From a virus (lineage: Duplodnaviria; Caudoviricetes): 28,547 nt of DNA. Within the stretch, counting starts at the first letter, position 1, and the number at the start of each line of letters is the position of its first letter. A program made the position numbers and the translations under genes. Shown here one piece after another: positions 1-7,910 of the stretch. The stretch lies in the IMG/VR virus record IMGVR_UViG_3300021134_000023, positions 1-28,547 of that record. One strand, given 5' to 3'. Under the pieces are notes generated by a model that was not told the DNA's origin, did no database searches, and saw nothing but the letters and a program-made list of their open reading frames with translations.

Positions 1-261
1 TTCTGCACCGCTATGGTGCTATGGATTCTCTCTGCTGGTTTCGGCATTGACCCTGCACCATTCTTTAGACTTAACCTAGTTCTTTCTATGGTGGCTGGTC
101 TACAAGGATCAGTGCTACTTATCTCAGCTAAACGAGCTGACCGTTTATCTGACGAGCTGCAAAAGTTTGACACTGAGCACTCAATCAAAGATTACAACTT
201 AGACCTAGAGACACACGCTCTGGTTCAAGAGATTCACAAACTATTAAAGGACGACAAATGA
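1..261 (+). CDS. DUF1003-like membrane protein (probably 5'-truncated by the window edge)
   Basis: Frame is open from base 1. 'IDPAPFFRLNLVLSMVAGLQGSVLLISAKR' resembles the DUF1003 pattern FDPYPFILLNLxLSxxAAxQAPxILMSQNR. Confidence 0.7.
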   Translation, partial: FCTAMVLWILSAGFGIDPAPFFRLNLVLSMVAGLQGSVLLISAKRADRLSDELQKFDTEHSIKDYNLDLETHALVQEIHKLLKDDK

Positions 262-593
262 AGATAGCACTACTCGCAGCCTTATCGCTTGGCGTTGCCA
301 ACGTATTCTCTGTGCTTATGGTTCAGGCTGAAGCTCGTGGTCGACCACACGTAGCAGGCATGACCGAAGTGGGATACTGGCTTGCCAACATTTTCTGCAT
401 TAAGACAGCAGTTAGTCACTTCACTTGGCAGTTGGTTTGTTTTTGTCTTGTTTCTGCGTACATCAGTACTTATTTCGCAACTCACCATGGCCATCAGAAC
501 ATCGAGGATGTTACTGATGTTCGACAAGATAATGAATTGAACTCTTTAGAAGAACGTGTAGAGGTGTTGGAGGCGAAAGATGAACCCAGGTGA
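258..593 (+). CDS. Small multi-pass membrane protein with a C-terminal coiled coil
   Basis: About 3 hydrophobic segments and an acidic tail. ATGA overlap with the upstream gene. Confidence 0.65.
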   Translation: MKIALLAALSLGVANVFSVLMVQAEARGRPHVAGMTEVGYWLANIFCIKTAVSHFTWQLVCFCLVSAYISTYFATHHGHQNIEDVTDVRQDNELNSLEERVEVLEAKDEPR

Positions 594-1074
594 CTTGGTA
601 TTTTGTTCAACCAAAGGAATTATCGGTAAGAGTATCCGATGGGCGCAACACTTCATGCCCGACTCAGAGTACTCAAAGTGGAATCACGTTGCCGTTCTGG
701 ATCGATTTGTGGATGGCAAGTGGTACCTCATCCAAGCCCAGCCGAAAGGTATCTCCGACAATCTAACTCTTGAGCAATCTGCTTTTGGAGGGACGTACGA
801 GGTAGTGGAACTACCGAGCACGGTAGATAGAGAACGAGTACTTAAGTTTGCTCGCTCTCAGGTGGGGCTGAAATACAGTTATCTTAGCATACTTTCATGT
901 GCCCTTGATAACTTTCTTCCCGACGCCATTTGTCTACGTAAATCCCGTACCTGGATCTGCTCTGGCCTAGTGGCTGGCGCTTTGTGGTATGGGGGGTTTC
1001 CCAAAGCAATGGAATGGCCTGACCTTTACTCGATTACTCCTGCCGAAGTTGCTGGAGCTTGTACAAATAAATAG
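580..1074 (+). CDS. Permuted papain-like NlpC/P60 (YiiX/YaeF, C92-type) amidase
   Basis: N-terminal 'PGDLVF', His in 'WNHVAV', 'ARSQVGLKY', Cys in 'WICSGLVA', terminal 'ITPAEV'. His precedes Cys, as in the permuted family. Confidence 0.85.
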   Translation: MNPGDLVFCSTKGIIGKSIRWAQHFMPDSEYSKWNHVAVLDRFVDGKWYLIQAQPKGISDNLTLEQSAFGGTYEVVELPSTVDRERVLKFARSQVGLKYSYLSILSCALDNFLPDAICLRKSRTWICSGLVAGALWYGGFPKAMEWPDLYSITPAEVAGACTNK

Positions 1075-1103
1075 TTGCTTGTGCCTAACTTGTGTGTTAG
1101 ACT
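1075..1103 (+). promoter_or_regulatory. Putative sigma70/SigA promoter
   Basis: TTGCTT-17 nt-TAGACT with TGn extended -10. AAGGAG RBS downstream before TTG 1138. Confidence 0.5.
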
Positions 1104-1137
1104 CCCTGATGGGCGGAACTAACCAAGGAGCGGCACC

Positions 1138-1977
1138 TTGCAGAAACCAACAACACACGTAATTATTCCTGATACTCAGGCGAAAGCTGGAGTACCAACA
1201 GACCACCTGAAATGGATTGGTCAGTACATTGTAGACGAGTTCCACGATGAACCAATTAAAATTATTCACCTAGGCGACCATGCCGACATGCCTTCTCTTT
1301 CGATGTACGACAAGGGGAAGAAGGCGATGGAGGGTCGTCGCTACAAGCAGGACATAGAAGCAGCTAATGAAGCATGGCGAATCCTTAACCAAGCCCTTAC
1401 CGACTTCAACAAGAATCGTCGTAAGACCAGGCACGCAAAATGGAACCCTGAGAGGTACATCCTTCTCGGCAACCACGAAGATCGAATCAACCGTGCTGTC
1501 TCGATGGATGCACAACTTGAAGGAGTTGTTACCACAGACCACCTCGATTACGAACGAAGCGGATGGAAAGTAACTCCATACCTGCAAATTTTGTGGCTGG
1601 ATGGTGTCGCATACAGCCACTATTTCTACAACCCCATGACAGGCAAGCCCCTAGGAGGCAACGTTGAAGCGAGACTTAAATCCGTTGGCCATAGTTTCAC
1701 GATGGGCCACCAACAAACGCTTGCGTACGGGCTTAGATTCGTCGCTGGCAAGAGCCAACATGGGCTTGTCGCGGGCGCGTGTTATCTCCATGATGAGGAC
1801 TATAAAGGCCCGCAGGGGAACGCCCACTGGCGAGGAATAGTAGTTAAGCACGAAGTGCGTGAGGGTTCATACGACCCCATGTTTGTCAGCTTGGATTACC
1901 TGTGCCGTCGCTATGAAAAGATGCCACTTGTGCAATTCATGAAGAAGAAATACCCAAACGTAGAGTATTCGTTCTAA
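1138..1977 (+). CDS. Calcineurin-like metallophosphoesterase
   Basis: Motifs 'IIPDTQ', 'HLGDHAD', 'LGNHEDR', 'YSH', 'MGHQQ'. TTG start with AAGGAG RBS. Confidence 0.85.
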   Translation: MQKPTTHVIIPDTQAKAGVPTDHLKWIGQYIVDEFHDEPIKIIHLGDHADMPSLSMYDKGKKAMEGRRYKQDIEAANEAWRILNQALTDFNKNRRKTRHAKWNPERYILLGNHEDRINRAVSMDAQLEGVVTTDHLDYERSGWKVTPYLQILWLDGVAYSHYFYNPMTGKPLGGNVEARLKSVGHSFTMGHQQTLAYGLRFVAGKSQHGLVAGACYLHDEDYKGPQGNAHWRGIVVKHEVREGSYDPMFVSLDYLCRRYEKMPLVQFMKKKYPNVEYSF

Positions 1978-2189
1978 TGAGTTGGTCTTGGATACTTGCC
2001 ATTGTTGGTTCCTTCGGTCTGTTTACCGTTGGTTCCAAGTTGCGTTGGGGTTGGTTTGTTCTTATTGTTAACGAGTGCCTTTGGGTAATCTATGCTGTAC
2101 AGACAAAACAATACGGTTTTATTCTGTACAGTTTCTTGTACGTCATTATGTACATTCGTGCTATCCTGAACTGGCATGACAATGATTAG
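1977..2189 (+). CDS. Small 3-TM PnuC/SemiSWEET-like membrane protein
   Basis: Three hydrophobic helices with 'RWGW...NECLWVIYA...QYGF', typical of short phage PnuC-like proteins. TAATG coupling. Confidence 0.55.
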   Translation: MSWSWILAIVGSFGLFTVGSKLRWGWFVLIVNECLWVIYAVQTKQYGFILYSFLYVIMYIRAILNWHDND

Positions 2190-3405
2190 CGTATTCACGC
2201 CAAGCCACGACCCCAAGTACCTTGATCAGTGCTACCGTTCTCTGAACGAGCAGACTAATACTAACTGGGAATGGATTGTTCTTCTTAACGGCGATGCCGA
2301 GTGGGAACCACCAAAGGACGCACGAGTTACGGTCTATTGGTCTGTCCACAAGGGCGTTGGCGCTCTTAAGCGTGAGTGCATGGACTATTGCAGGGGTGAC
2401 ATTCTCCTTGAGCTAGACCACGATGACATACTTCTGCCTACTGCTTTAATGGACGTGGAGTACGTATTTGACAACATGCCAGAGGTGGGCTTTGTTTACT
2501 CTGATACCGCTCAGATTCTTGAGGACGGTAAGCCAGACGACTCCGAGTTTGACCCAGCCCACGGTTGGAAATACTACGTAGAGGACGGGTACAAGGGAGC
2601 TCTATCCTTTGAGCCGTACCCCCACAACCTCTCCTACATTTGGTACGCACCCAACCACCTACGTGCCTTTCGCAGGGCCGTATACGACCAAATAGGGGGC
2701 TATAACGCCAATCTAGAGGTACTGGACGACCAGGACTTGATGGCTCGTATGTACCAAGCAACCAAGTTCTACCACATTCCTGAGATTCTGTACTTGCAAC
2801 GTGTGCACCCTGACAACACTCAGACAGTAAGAAATTCCGAAATTCAGACTGGCACCGTGGAGTTGTACCACCAGACCGTAGAGCGTAACGCTGTGGCTTG
2901 GGCTAAGCATGAGGGCCTGCTCGCCCTTGACCTAGGCGCACACCATAACAAGGCTGAAGGGTTCCTAGGCGTTGACCTACGCCCTGGTCCTGGCGTCGAC
3001 TACGTTGGCAACATCTTTGACATGGACATTGCTGACAACAGCGTTGGAGTGATCCGTGCGCACGATTTTATGGAGCACTTGCCTGACAAGGTGGCGTTTA
3101 TGGAGTGGTGCTACGACAAGTTAGCTCACGGTGGCATGCTTCTGTCTATGACCCCAAGTAGCGATGGACGTGGTGCTTTTCAAGACCCAACGCACATTGC
3201 CTTTTGGAACGAAAACTCGTTCTGGTATCACACCGACAAGCAATACTCGGACTTTATTGATGGCCGTGTACGTTTCCAAGTGTCCTGCTTACGCAGTTTT
3301 TTCCCTAGCAAGTGGCACCACGACAACCACATTCCCTACGTGCAAGCAAACCTTATTGCCGTTAAGGGTGTAACCCATGACTTTGGCGGTCATTTAAAGA
3401 TTTGA
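2176..3405 (+). CDS. Glycosyltransferase family 2 fused to a class I SAM-dependent methyltransferase
   Basis: N-terminal GT-A ('ISVFTPSH', 'EWIVL', DxD in 'LDHDD', 'IGGYN', 'DDQDL'). C-terminal MTase ('ALDLGA', 'GVDL', 'HDFMEHL', 'LAHGG', 'DPTH'). Confidence 0.85.
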   Translation: MTMISVFTPSHDPKYLDQCYRSLNEQTNTNWEWIVLLNGDAEWEPPKDARVTVYWSVHKGVGALKRECMDYCRGDILLELDHDDILLPTALMDVEYVFDNMPEVGFVYSDTAQILEDGKPDDSEFDPAHGWKYYVEDGYKGALSFEPYPHNLSYIWYAPNHLRAFRRAVYDQIGGYNANLEVLDDQDLMARMYQATKFYHIPEILYLQRVHPDNTQTVRNSEIQTGTVELYHQTVERNAVAWAKHEGLLALDLGAHHNKAEGFLGVDLRPGPGVDYVGNIFDMDIADNSVGVIRAHDFMEHLPDKVAFMEWCYDKLAHGGMLLSMTPSSDGRGAFQDPTHIAFWNENSFWYHTDKQYSDFIDGRVRFQVSCLRSFFPSKWHHDNHIPYVQANLIAVKGVTHDFGGHLKI

Positions 3406-3430
3406 CACAGCTCCGGTAATTTGCTATCTT
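3402..3430 (+). promoter_or_regulatory. Strong sigma70/SigA promoter of the recombination/replication block
   Basis: TTGACA-17 nt-TATCTT with TGn extension. AGGAAGGAG RBS before ATG 3455. Confidence 0.75.
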
Positions 3431-3454
3431 GGTTGGACTCTAGGAAGGAGTTGT

Positions 3455-4336
3455 ATGAATCAAGTATCGAACCCGGTAATTACCTCACTACTTGTTGAGG
3501 AATTACATGTTAAAAGTTTAATTCCTAAGCCAACGGCTATGGGCACACCGCTTCGCTACTCGTCTGCATTTTCATGTGGTCGTCAGCAAGGTTATGCGGC
3601 ACTTGACGTTGATCCAACGGAACCAATGGACACTGCAGGAGCTTGGGCTACAGGTCTAGGAACCATTGTGCACGAAGCGTTACAAGACGCTATTAGTCGT
3701 AGGTTTCCCTCTGCTCAGTTTGAAGTCCCATCTATGATAGGAGATTTCCTATCAGGCTCGTGTGACGCACTTATTGACATCTATGACGTTGGCACCAACT
3801 ACGGTGGCACTCACGTTCTTTACGAACTAAAGACCATGGGTACGTACGGCTTTGACAAGCAGGTTGGTTGGAACCGTCTGCGTGGAACCGTATCAGCACC
3901 ACAGGGCGCCTCTGCTAAAGCCGTTGCACAGGCTGGCATGAACGCCATAGGCATTGAGTTGGGTAACCCCGACATTCGCATTGAAACTTTGGTCATGGGT
4001 AGCATTGGCTTTGAAGCCTTGTCCATTAACAAGGCAAACAACATGGGTGTCTCTGGTGTTAATCGTTTCTTAGCCGAGTTCGAGGTACCACGCTCTGAGT
4101 GGGAACCACTTGCTCAGGGTGAGATACGTAGAATGGAAGGTTTTGCTTTTACCATTGACACAGGGTTCTTGCCTGAGCGTTGGGCGCAGGACGATGACAA
4201 CAAGTTCATGAAGCTCGATCCTAACGGACGTGCATGGCAATGCGACTACTGTTCTTACCGCTCACTATGCCAAGACGACGGCGATGGAGTAATCAAGATT
4301 TCTAATAGTGCTTTAACTAAGAGAAAGGCCAAATAA
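3455..4336 (+). CDS. Cas4-like PD-(D/E)XK exonuclease with predicted [4Fe-4S] cysteines
   Basis: N-terminal Cys ('FSCGRQ'), 'GTIVH', 'SGSCDAL', 'YELKT', C-terminal 'CDYCSYRSLC' (CxxC-x5-C). Lies next to ERF. Confidence 0.8.
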   Translation: MNQVSNPVITSLLVEELHVKSLIPKPTAMGTPLRYSSAFSCGRQQGYAALDVDPTEPMDTAGAWATGLGTIVHEALQDAISRRFPSAQFEVPSMIGDFLSGSCDALIDIYDVGTNYGGTHVLYELKTMGTYGFDKQVGWNRLRGTVSAPQGASAKAVAQAGMNAIGIELGNPDIRIETLVMGSIGFEALSINKANNMGVSGVNRFLAEFEVPRSEWEPLAQGEIRRMEGFAFTIDTGFLPERWAQDDDNKFMKLDPNGRAWQCDYCSYRSLCQDDGDGVIKISNSALTKRKAK

Positions 4337-4551
4337 TGAAGTCACCTACGGTAACCATTACAGGCAAAGAAGTAACCATGAAGTTGTTTCCTGACCAAAC
4401 GGACGGGGACAGTTGGGCAGTTGTATTAAAAGAGGGCGACGAATCAGTATTCCTAGCCCACGTAAGAAACTATGAGGCGTGCCTTGAAACCATGGAAACA
4501 ATCATGGTGTCATTTGCGGCTCTTGGTTATAAGTTAGACTCAGAGTTCTAA
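4336..4551 (+). CDS. Hypothetical protein
   Basis: TAATG coupling to the exonuclease. Fills the gap before ERF. Confidence 0.65.
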   Translation: MKSPTVTITGKEVTMKLFPDQTDGDSWAVVLKEGDESVFLAHVRNYEACLETMETIMVSFAALGYKLDSEF

Positions 4552-4561
4552 GGAGAACATT

Positions 4562-5137
4562 ATGCAAAGTCCAGAGATAAACGAATTAGCAAGCGCATTG
4601 GTATCAGCTCAGGCTGAGTTCAGTGCAGTACCGAAGGGGTCAACCAACCCTTTCTTTAAGAGCAAGTATGCAGGTCTGCCAGAGGTTGTGTCACACACAG
4701 CACCCGTGCTAGCGAAGCATGGTCTTGCAGTCAGTCAGTTCATCACTCACGCAGAAGATGGCACCGACTCACTACTTACCTATCTGCTCCACAAATCAGG
4801 TCAATTCATTGCCTACTCAATGATTCTGCACTTGCCTAAGTCAGACCCACAGGGTCAGGGTAGTGCGGTGACGTACGCTCGCAGGTACTCATACATGAGC
4901 GTGCTAGGTCTAGTAGCAGACGAAGATGACGATGGCAACAAAGCTTCACAGCCTAAGTCAGCACCAAAAGTCAAGGAACCAACAGCACTAGACAACATGC
5001 GTGATCTTTTGTCTAAGAAGTTTGAAGCACCAGCAGACAGAAAGAAGTATGTTGAAGGTCTTATGGGTCGTGAGTTGAAGTCGCTTAACGACTTGTCATC
5101 GGCCGAGATTGCTGGAGTTATTCTAGAGCTTTCATGA
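4562..5137 (+). CDS. erf: ERF-family single-strand annealing recombinase
   Basis: 'NPFFKSKYAGL' and 'DPQGQGSAVTYARRYSY...GL..DEDDDG' ERF signature. AAGGAG RBS. Confidence 0.92.
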   Translation: MQSPEINELASALVSAQAEFSAVPKGSTNPFFKSKYAGLPEVVSHTAPVLAKHGLAVSQFITHAEDGTDSLLTYLLHKSGQFIAYSMILHLPKSDPQGQGSAVTYARRYSYMSVLGLVADEDDDGNKASQPKSAPKVKEPTALDNMRDLLSKKFEAPADRKKYVEGLMGRELKSLNDLSSAEIAGVILELS

Positions 5138-5283
5138 AGTACTGTAAGCATGATTGGCGTATCAACATAAGTGCACAGGCTCCAATAGTCCTGTGTCACT
5201 TGTGTGGTGCGTCATTCAAGCCACAGCCACAACAACTGCCCTATCGTGGCATAGTGCCAGAAAAGTTTAAGGTGGAACAATGA
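5134..5283 (+). CDS. Small zinc-ribbon-like protein (49 aa, not in the ORF track)
   Basis: MKYCKHDW...LCHLCGASF. ATGA overlaps at both ends. Confidence 0.65.
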   Translation: MKYCKHDWRINISAQAPIVLCHLCGASFKPQPQQLPYRGIVPEKFKVEQ

Positions 5284-5753
5284 CAGTTATCATCGGTTAC
5301 ACAAACGGTAAAAACTACGCCATAGGTGGAGACTCAGGCGCCTTTGATGAAGGTGGCTTGTACCAGTTGTCGGGTGAACCGAAGGTTTGGAAAGCTGGCG
5401 ATGCTTTGATCGGTGGTTCGGGCAGTTTCCGAATTATTGAACTTGCTCGCAAGTCTGGACTTACTGACCCGTACGCTCTGCGTAATCATCTTGTTGAAGC
5501 GAACCCCGGTGGTGAGTGGAACTTGTTAATGGTTACAAAGAAAGCTTTATTTGAGATTTCAGACGATTTTTCTGTTATTAAATTTAAGGAGAACTATGCT
5601 TCTATCGGTGCTGGTAATAGTGTCGCTACTGGTGCTATCGGGGTTCTGGCTGAACAACGAGTAGAACCTGATGTAGCAATTCGTGTAGCATTGAAAGTCA
5701 CGGTGCGTCACTGCAACATGGCGATGCAACCGTTCACAGTTATCAAGATCTAA
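5280..5753 (+). CDS. HslV/proteasome beta-subunit-like Ntn hydrolase
   Basis: Met-Thr start (Thr1 nucleophile), 'IGGDS', 'PKVW', 'IGGSGS', 'ASIGAG'. Confidence 0.8.
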   Translation: MTVIIGYTNGKNYAIGGDSGAFDEGGLYQLSGEPKVWKAGDALIGGSGSFRIIELARKSGLTDPYALRNHLVEANPGGEWNLLMVTKKALFEISDDFSVIKFKENYASIGAGNSVATGAIGVLAEQRVEPDVAIRVALKVTVRHCNMAMQPFTVIKI

Positions 5754-5761
5754 GGAGGGTC

Positions 5762-5896
5762 ATGAGGAAGTGGGTATGTCCAAAGTGTTTGTTGCTTATC
5801 GAAGCACGAGCAGAAGAAGTATTACACCGTTGCCCTAGCAACAAGAGCAAGATAACGCAATTTGAGGAGAAGGAACCAAATGCACAACGAGATTGA
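5762..5896 (+). CDS. Small Cys/His zinc-binding protein (44 aa, not in the ORF track)
   Basis: MRKWVCPKC...LHRCP. Strong AAGGAGGG RBS. Confidence 0.6.
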   Translation: MRKWVCPKCLLLIEARAEEVLHRCPSNKSKITQFEEKEPNAQRD

Positions 5897-6047
5897 ATTA
5901 AATTACCTGAGAGAACGAAACGAAGTTCTGCTTGGTCGAGTCGAAGAATACATGATGGAGATACGTGACCTGCGAATTGCAGTTCGTGAGCTAGAGATAA
6001 CTCTCTCTCGCATGAACCATCCATCGTTTAAGGATGAAAATGATTAG
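5880..6047 (+). CDS. Small coiled-coil protein
   Basis: ATG 5880 preceded by GAAGGA. Heptad Leu pattern. Confidence 0.6.
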   Translation: MHNEIELNYLRERNEVLLGRVEEYMMEIRDLRIAVRELEITLSRMNHPSFKDEND

Positions 6048-6435
6048 GTCGACACTTGCAGTTGGTGCAATACTTATGTCACTTAATGTATTTCAAAGTA
6101 CGCCTGTGCAAGATGTAGCACAGCCTAAATTGGTAGAGACGGCGATGCCCACCCCCCCGTTGCTGTCTCTGCCATTACACGCACAGAAACAATTTGCTTG
6201 CATTGCATACCGTGAGAGTCGTGGCAAGGTAGTCGATACCAATGTGGTATCAGGTGCTCAAGGTATGTTTCAGTTCATGCCTGAGATTTGGCAGTACGCT
6301 CGTCAGAACATTAAGGGCTTACCTGCTACACCAAACGAAGCAGACGTGTATCAACAACAAGCAGTAGCAGTATTTTATTACAATAGAAATCATGGGTTGT
6401 ACCCGGAATGGACAGATGGTTGTGAGCGAATTTAG
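6034..6435 (+). CDS. Secreted Rpf-like/lytic transglycosylase (lysozyme fold)
   Basis: N-terminal signal-like segment. Catalytic 'CIAYRESRG', 'GAQGMFQF', 'QQQAVA', C-terminal 'WTDGC', matching the Rpf/transglycosylase layout. Confidence 0.75.
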   Translation: MKMIRSTLAVGAILMSLNVFQSTPVQDVAQPKLVETAMPTPPLLSLPLHAQKQFACIAYRESRGKVVDTNVVSGAQGMFQFMPEIWQYARQNIKGLPATPNEADVYQQQAVAVFYYNRNHGLYPEWTDGCERI

Positions 6436-6715
6436 CAACATACTTAAAGAGATTCAGTCTATGCATGACAAGAAGCAAGCTGACTATGGTAAGACAAACG
6501 ATCCGTTTGCGAACGTGCGAGCGAGCGAAGATTTTGGTATTCCAGGTTGGGTTGGTTGCATGACACGTGCCACGGACAAACTTAAACGACTTCAAGCAGC
6601 AGCACGAGGACAAAACCTTGTCAACGAGTCGATAGAAGATTCATTGCTTGATCTTGCTACGTACACCATCATCGCACTCTGTTTGTTTAGGGAGACTAAT
6701 GGCACAGGAAATTGA
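6416..6715 (+). CDS. DUF1599 / nucleotide-modification-associated domain 1 protein
   Basis: 'KKQADYG...DPFAN...R..DKLKRL...ESIEDSLLDLATY'. Start could be ATG 6416 or GTG 6422. Confidence 0.75.
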   Translation: MVVSEFSNILKEIQSMHDKKQADYGKTNDPFANVRASEDFGIPGWVGCMTRATDKLKRLQAAARGQNLVNESIEDSLLDLATYTIIALCLFRETNGTGN

Positions 6716-7214
6716 TTACAAACAAGTTTTATGTTATTTAGTTGACGATGGATTTGTTACGCTTGATCAGGCAAAAGAGGCAGTTAAAAAGTACAAAGCT
6801 CTGAACAAAGGTGTGGTTAGATCACAAAGCTGGATTAAGGCTAGTGAGTTGTTGAAGCATTTGCAAAAGGCGATGGTTGCTAACAACAGGAAGCCATGTC
6901 GAACTAATGAGTCTGCGATTAGTTGCATTGAAAAGATGTTGCGCATTGACAAGTTAACCGTCGAGCAGATTACATCGATGATTGATTGGTCGCAAGGTCA
7001 TGATTTTTGGAGCACAGTTGTTTTGTCACCTGAGAAGCTTCGAAAGAATTACGAACAGATGAACGCACAGCGAGCACGTGATACCAAAGTTGTACCCGTG
7101 ATAGTTAATCGTCAACCTAATCGTGATTGGAAAAAAGAATTAGAACGCCGTAAAGAAGAATCAATACCAATGCCAGCAGACTTTAAGTCTGTATTAAGGA
7201 GAAGTGCAAAATGA
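6699..7214 (+). CDS. Replication protein resembling the C-terminal domain of lambda O
   Basis: 'IEKMLRIDK...IDWSQGHDFWSTVVLSPEKLRKNYEQM' parallels the lambda O C-terminus (W...DNFWSGNVLSPAKLRDKW). GGGAG RBS before ATG 6699. Confidence 0.7.
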   Translation: MAQEIDYKQVLCYLVDDGFVTLDQAKEAVKKYKALNKGVVRSQSWIKASELLKHLQKAMVANNRKPCRTNESAISCIEKMLRIDKLTVEQITSMIDWSQGHDFWSTVVLSPEKLRKNYEQMNAQRARDTKVVPVIVNRQPNRDWKKELERRKEESIPMPADFKSVLRRSAK

Positions 7215-7375
7215 TTGACCAAGAATTTGTAAACGCATTACAGAACCAACTGTTGATGGTGCTGGATTCTTTTTCGAAGGTTGGTGTCAGCGATGAGACT
7301 ATCCGTGAAGCAGTCGATTACTATTTGAAAGTTCTTGAAGCGGCAAAGGAAGAAGAAGATGACAACACTAATTAA
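7211..7375 (+). CDS. Small acidic hypothetical protein (54 aa)
   Basis: ATGA overlap and AAGGAG RBS. MIDQEFVNALQ...EEEDDNTN. Confidence 0.6.
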   Translation: MIDQEFVNALQNQLLMVLDSFSKVGVSDETIREAVDYYLKVLEAAKEEEDDNTN

Positions 7376-7457
7376 CATACTGGTTGACGTATTTTTAGTA
7401 GGTGCTATTGCATTATTTTTGTTTGTTTTATTTGGTATTTTTGGTGCGTGGAAATGA
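7359..7457 (+). CDS. 32-aa single-pass membrane peptide
   Basis: MTTLINILVDVFLVGAIALFLFVLFGIFGAWK. Ends in an ATGA overlap. Confidence 0.55.
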   Translation: MTTLINILVDVFLVGAIALFLFVLFGIFGAWK

Positions 7458-7522
7458 CAACAACATCATTCGTAATAATTCTTGTCTGTATTTGGACTCT
7501 TACATGGATGGCTATTAAATAA
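7454..7522 (+). CDS. 22-aa hydrophobic peptide
   Basis: MTTTSFVIILVCIWTLTWMAIK. Coupled by ATGA upstream and TAATG downstream. Confidence 0.5.
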   Translation: MTTTSFVIILVCIWTLTWMAIK

Positions 7523-7863
7523 TGACAACGCCACAGAAAGCTAAAGGCAGTCAGTGGGAGCGTGACGTAGCCAAGTACTTTAACGAGAACGGCTACCCAC
7601 AGGTCGAGCGTAGATACGGTGCTGGCAACACGGTAGACAAAGGTGATCTAAATGGGTTTGCTCACGCCATCATCATTGAGTGCAAGAACGTAGGCAAGAT
7701 AACTCTCGCTTCTATCATGGATGAAACCGAAGCAGAAAAGAACAACGCCAAAGCCGACATTGGCTTGGCGGTTATCAAGCGACGTAACACAAGTGCTGGC
7801 CGTGCGTATGCAGTTGTGACCTTGGAAGACATGGTTAAACTGTTGCAAATGGCTGGTTATTAG
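7522..7863 (+). CDS. Holliday junction resolvase (Hjc-like PD-(D/E)XK)
   Basis: 'KAKGSQWERDVA', 'DKGDL', 'IIECKN'. Confidence 0.85.
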   Translation: MTTPQKAKGSQWERDVAKYFNENGYPQVERRYGAGNTVDKGDLNGFAHAIIIECKNVGKITLASIMDETEAEKNNAKADIGLAVIKRRNTSAGRAYAVVTLEDMVKLLQMAGY

Positions 7864-7871
7864 TGTAGAAT
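7843..7871 (+). promoter_or_regulatory. Putative promoter for ssb-whiB
   Basis: TTGCAA-17 nt-TAGAAT. Confidence 0.6.
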
Positions 7872-7910
7872 TACAAGGCAGTATTAACGAGACAGAAAGT
7901 ATAGATAGAA

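Noticed and set aside
6416-6715. Evidence for a full DNA hypermodification pathway
   Set aside because: DUF1599/Nmad1 is common in phages, and no base-modifying enzymes or polymerase are in the window to support it.
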